Positions 60,022 through 64,000 of a stretch of DNA of 64,000 nucleotides are shown piece by piece. Both the position numbers and the translations under genes were made by a program. The stretch comes from Klebsiella pneumoniae (GTDB lineage Bacteria; Pseudomonadota; Gammaproteobacteria; Pseudomonadales; Pseudohongiellaceae), in assembly GCA_945902215.1 (NCBI GenBank), contig CAMDML010000007.1, forward strand, positions 4,178 to 68,177, written 5' to 3'. Below the pieces are notes generated by a model. The model saw only the letters and a list, made by a program, of their open reading frames with translations, searched no databases and had not been told where the DNA came from. Each line of letters starts with the position of its first letter. The first letter of the stretch is position 1.

Positions 60022-61386
60022 ATGACACTGCCGGCCGATACGATCTGTGCAGTGGCCACGCCGGCGGGCCGGGGCGGCATCGGTGTGATCCGGGTTTCCG
60101 GCAGCCTGTGTGCCGATCTCTGCTCGCAAATCGCGGGAATCTCTCCAATACCACGCAGGGCCCAGCAGGCGTCGTTCAAGGATCCTGGTGGCGTTCTCAT
60201 TGATACCGGGCTGTCGCTTTTTTTCCAGGCGCCGCGCTCTTTTACCGGCGAAGATGTGTGGGAGCTGCAGACCCATGGCAGCCCTGTTGTTCTCGACCTC
60301 CTGCTTACGACCCTGGTGCAGGGCGGGTGCCGTCTGGCCCGCCCTGGCGAATTCTCCGAACGCGCCTTCCTCAATGAAAAGCTCGATCTCACGCAAGCTG
60401 AAGCCATAGCGGACCTGATCGACAGCCGCTCTGCGGCCGCGGCACGTAACGCTGTACGCTCTTTGCAGGGTGAATTTTCCAAGCTGATACACGAACTGGT
60501 CGCCGAGATCACCCGTTTGCGTGTTTACGTGGAAGCCTCCATTGATTTTCCGGACGAAGACGTGGATTTTCTGTCGGGTGGTGATGTGGCGAGACGGCTG
60601 TTCGCTTTGCGCGCACATCTTGCCGAGGTACAAACACAAGCGCGGCAAGGCGCGCTGTTACGCGAAGGCATTCAGGTGGTGATCGCAGGCGAGCCCAATG
60701 CCGGCAAGTCGACTCTGCTTAACACGCTGGCCGGGATGGAGGCGGCGATTGTCACGGATATTCCAGGCACGACGCGCGACGTGCTGCGTCAGGAAATCAT
60801 TCTATCCGGCGTTCCGGTATACATTCTGGACACCGCCGGTTTGCGCGACAGCAATGATCCCGTGGAGCTGGAGGGGATCCGGCGCGCGCGCGCCGCTATA
60901 GATTTGGCCGATCGTGTGCTGTTGCTGGTTGATGTGCGTGAACGGGAGCAGCTGACGCAAAATCCAGTCTGGTGTGAATTGCTGACGAACCCTGCTACTG
61001 CCGCCAAGCTAACGCTCGTGTTTAACAAGATCGATTTGGTTGGGATCCCAGCGGCAATGACAGCGGTGCATGGCATCCCCGCAGTCATGCTGTCAGCAAA
61101 ACAAAAAACCGGTCTCGACTTGTTGCAACAACATCTATTGCAGTGCGCCGGTTTCCACGCACAGGATGAAGGCGGCTTCCTGGCTCGGCGCCGTCACCTT
61201 GACGCCTTGCAGCGTGCCGCCAGCGCGCTCGCTGACGCCACCACACAACTTGAAGAATACAAGGCCGGAGAGTTGGTCGCTGAAGAGCTACACAGAGCTC
61301 AGGGCGCGCTTGGTGAAATCACTGGAGCTGTTTCTGCGGACACCTTGCTGGGCGAAATTTTCCGCAGCTTCTGCATTGGCAAATAA
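60022..61386 (+). CDS. mnmE: tRNA modification GTPase MnmE
   Basis: GEPNAGKSTL, GTTRD, DTAG, NKID and the C-terminal FCIGK. Confidence 0.98.
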   Translation: MTLPADTICAVATPAGRGGIGVIRVSGSLCADLCSQIAGISPIPRRAQQASFKDPGGVLIDTGLSLFFQAPRSFTGEDVWELQTHGSPVVLDLLLTTLVQGGCRLARPGEFSERAFLNEKLDLTQAEAIADLIDSRSAAAARNAVRSLQGEFSKLIHELVAEITRLRVYVEASIDFPDEDVDFLSGGDVARRLFALRAHLAEVQTQARQGALLREGIQVVIAGEPNAGKSTLLNTLAGMEAAIVTDIPGTTRDVLRQEIILSGVPVYILDTAGLRDSNDPVELEGIRRARAAIDLADRVLLLVDVREREQLTQNPVWCELLTNPATAAKLTLVFNKIDLVGIPAAMTAVHGIPAVMLSAKQKTGLDLLQQHLLQCAGFHAQDEGGFLARRRHLDALQRAASALADATTQLEEYKAGELVAEELHRAQGALGEITGAVSADTLLGEIFRSFCIGK

Positions 61387-61394
61387 GACTCGCG

Positions 61395-61690
61395 CTTACG
61401 TTATCCACACCCTGTGGATGACACTAGTACTGCTCCCATGGAGGCGTGTGTACGAATTGTGGATAAAGCGCGCTATGCAATCCGTCTGCTGATAAGGGCT
61501 GTTTTTTCCTCTATTCCATACAGAAGCTCCCTCTGTCTTGTCCGCAGGGAATCCACAGGCTTGTAAAAGCACCAAGCCTCTGATCCTTCTCTCAAATACG
61601 CAAGCGTCCACAGAAATCCAGCCCTTAATAACAATAATAATAAAAATAACAATATATAAAGATATATCTATATAAATACAGAGCCGAAGT
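61395..61690. other. Probable replication origin oriC (DnaA-box cluster plus AT-rich unwinding element)
   Basis: Perfect boxes at 61401-61409 and 61458-61466, a 1-mismatch box at 61413-61421, degenerate boxes near 61538, 61549 and 61604, then an almost pure A/T tract at 61625-61680 with (TAA/CAA)n trinucleotides. Confidence 0.75.
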
Positions 61691-61773
61691 CAGGCGGTCA
61701 TACGGGAAGACAGGCAGGGTATGGCAAAAAAGTTTATACTTGATTCCCCTTTGCAAGCTAGCCCAGCCCCACC

Positions 61774-63702
61774 ATGCCCTTCCAGGATAACTACGATGTC
61801 ATCGTCATAGGAGGCGGCCATGCCGGGACCGAGGCTGCGCTTGCATCTGCGCGCATGGGCTGTCGAACCTTGCTGGTCAGCCATAACATCGAAACGCTTG
61901 GGCAGATGTCCTGTAACCCAGCAATAGGCGGTATAGGAAAAACACATCTCGTCAAAGAGGTTGATGCGCTCGGCGGCGCCATGGCGTGCGCAACGGATGT
62001 TAGCGGCATTCAGTTCCGAACACTCAACTCCAGCAAGGGGCCCGCGGTACGAGCAACACGCGCACAAGCAGACAGGGTTTTGTACAAGGCAGCCATACGC
62101 AGGACGCTGGAGAATCAACCGAACCTCAGCATCTTCCAGCAAGCCATTGATGACTTGATTGTTACCGGTGATCGCGTCGATGGTGTCGTCACCCAAATGG
62201 GACAGCGCTTCTTCGCTTCTCGCGTGGTGTTGACCACAGGCACTTTTCTCGGTGGCAAGATCCACATCGGTTTGAATAATTATGCGGGTGGTCGAGCCGG
62301 GGACCCTCCAGCAATCGCTCTTGCTCAACGTTTGCGCGAACTTCCTTTACGCGTAGGCCGTCTGAAAACAGGTACACCCGCGCGCATAGATGCGCGCACC
62401 GTGGATTTTTCAGTCATGACCGAGCAAGCCGGCGATACTCCGGTTCCAGTCATGTCCTATCTGGGCAAAGTCGATGAACATCCACGCCAGGTCAGCTGCT
62501 ACATCACCGCAACCAACGAACGTTGCCACGACATCATTCGTTCAGGGTTGGACCAGTCGCCGATGTACACAGGCGTGATCGAAGGTGTGGGCCCACGCTA
62601 CTGCCCTTCAATCGAAGACAAGGTTGTGCGTTATGCCGACAAGACAAGCCACCAGATTTTCGTCGAACCCGAAGGCTTAACAACCCACGAACTGTATCCC
62701 AACGGCATTTCGACCAGTCTGCCGTTCGAAATCCAGAAGCGAATGATCGCGGAGATTAAAGGCTTCGAGAACGCGCATATCATTCGCCCCGGGTATGCAA
62801 TCGAATACGACTTCTTCGATCCACGCGACTTGCAGCCAACACTTGAAACCCGCGCGATCAAAGGTTTGTATTTTGCCGGTCAGATCAACGGCACCACCGG
62901 CTACGAAGAGGCGGCAGCTCAAGGTATTCTTGCGGGTATCAATGCCGGGCTGGCAGCACAAGAAAAGGACGGCTGGTGTCCTGGCCGCGATGAAGCCTAT
63001 ATTGGAGTGCTTGTGGATGATTTGATCACCCAGGGCACGCGTGAACCTTACCGTATGTTCACCAGTCGCGCGGAATACCGGCTGATGCTGCGTCAGGATA
63101 ATGCGGATGTAAGACTGACGGAAACCGGACGCAAACTGGGCCTCATCGATGAGCAGCGGTGGCGCACGTTCAATGAAAAACGGGAACGCGTCGCAGTCGA
63201 AGCACAGTATCTGAAATCTAGCTGGGTACAGCCAGATACGGACCTATCTCGACACCTTGAGCCCCTGCTGGAAAAACCCCTTAGCCGCGAATATAGACTC
63301 AGCGAAATCCTGGCGCGTCCGGATATCAGCTATGCCGCTCTAGCTGGCGCGTGTCTCACCAGCGGATACCGGAAGACGGAACTGCCCGACGACGCTGTCG
63401 CTGAGCAGGTTGAGATTGCGATCAAGTATCAGGGCTATATCGTTCGGCAGCAGGACGAAATCGAAAAACTGAAGCGCCAGGAAAACGCACGCCTGCCTGC
63501 GGACTTCGATTATCGGTCGATCCCCGGCCTGTCCAATGAATTGCGCCAGAAACTGTCAGAAGCAAAACCCGACAGCATCGGCCGTGCCGCGCGCATTCAA
63601 GGAGTTACGCCCGCTGCCGTTTCCTTGCTGCTGGTCTATCTCAAAAAATACCAGATGCTGCAGGACAAGGCTGTCGGCACCAAAACCGCCGGTGTGGCTT
63701 GA
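61774..63702 (+). CDS. mnmG: tRNA uridine-5-carboxymethylaminomethyl modification enzyme MnmG (GidA)
   Basis: [29 protein letters not shown] and [17 protein letters not shown] motifs. Confidence 0.99.
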   Translation: MPFQDNYDVIVIGGGHAGTEAALASARMGCRTLLVSHNIETLGQMSCNPAIGGIGKTHLVKEVDALGGAMACATDVSGIQFRTLNSSKGPAVRATRAQADRVLYKAAIRRTLENQPNLSIFQQAIDDLIVTGDRVDGVVTQMGQRFFASRVVLTTGTFLGGKIHIGLNNYAGGRAGDPPAIALAQRLRELPLRVGRLKTGTPARIDARTVDFSVMTEQAGDTPVPVMSYLGKVDEHPRQVSCYITATNERCHDIIRSGLDQSPMYTGVIEGVGPRYCPSIEDKVVRYADKTSHQIFVEPEGLTTHELYPNGISTSLPFEIQKRMIAEIKGFENAHIIRPGYAIEYDFFDPRDLQPTLETRAIKGLYFAGQINGTTGYEEAAAQGILAGINAGLAAQEKDGWCPGRDEAYIGVLVDDLITQGTREPYRMFTSRAEYRLMLRQDNADVRLTETGRKLGLIDEQRWRTFNEKRERVAVEAQYLKSSWVQPDTDLSRHLEPLLEKPLSREYRLSEILARPDISYAALAGACLTSGYRKTELPDDAVAEQVEIAIKYQGYIVRQQDEIEKLKRQENARLPADFDYRSIPGLSNELRQKLSEAKPDSIGRAARIQGVTPAAVSLLLVYLKKYQMLQDKAVGTKTAGVA

Positions 63703-64000
63703 TGTCCGCACACGATTCCGCGCTGGTTGCGAGGCTGGAAGCAGGGCTGCATGACCTGCAGCTTGCTTTGCCCGATACCGCAAAGAATCAGTTGTTGGTT
63801 TATCTCGAGCAACTGCACAAATGGAACAAGGCTTACAATCTCAGCGGCATCAAGGACATCAAGGAGATGTTGGTGATGCATCTGCTCGACAGCCTGATGC
63901 TCGCCCCCTTCATTGATGCTGATCTGACTGCCGATATTGGCACGGGCGCCGGTCTTCCCGGCGTGCCGCTCGCCATCTGTTTTCCGGACAAGCAGTTCCG
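63702..64000 (+). CDS. rsmG: 16S rRNA m7G527 methyltransferase RsmG (GidB), partial
   Basis: ATG overlaps the mnmG stop. Reads MSAHDSALV...KWNKAYNLSGI...HLLDSL...DIGTGAGLPGVPLAI and runs off the window end. Confidence 0.96.
   Translation, partial: MSAHDSALVARLEAGLHDLQLALPDTAKNQLLVYLEQLHKWNKAYNLSGIKDIKEMLVMHLLDSLMLAPFIDADLTADIGTGAGLPGVPLAICFPDKQF

Overview
A GC-rich gammaproteobacterial chromosome segment spanning the replication origin, with gene order resembling Pseudomonas. Right half: core origin block (rsmG/mnmG, probable oriC, mnmE, yidC, yidD, rnpA, rpmH, dnaA-dnaN-recF-gyrB with two parS sites inside recF, then plsC, gmhB, glyQS, an lpxL-like gene, rsmB-fmt-def, a LysM/TsaP-like gene, dprA, tsaC, hemF, aroE) and an aa3-type cytochrome c oxidase cluster. 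Left half: two tandem, Cys-rich TonB-dependent receptors, znuACB, polA, yihA, cytochrome c4, dsbA, and a tightly coupled operon joining a type II secretion system (gspLMEFDGHIJK) to a Wzm/Wzt glycan exporter and a GNAT acyltransferase. Most notable observations: (1) the T2SS-glycan export operon; (2) a receptor cassette bounded by a duplicated znuB 3' end; (3) an unannotated sigmaE/AlgU-type small RNA between polA and yihA; (4) a Pol I whose proofreading residues are substituted; (5) many 12-27 bp tandem micro-duplications, mostly at gene starts and stops. No integrase, transposase, CRISPR array, rRNA or tRNA was recognised. All calls come from reading motifs by eye; no searches were run.
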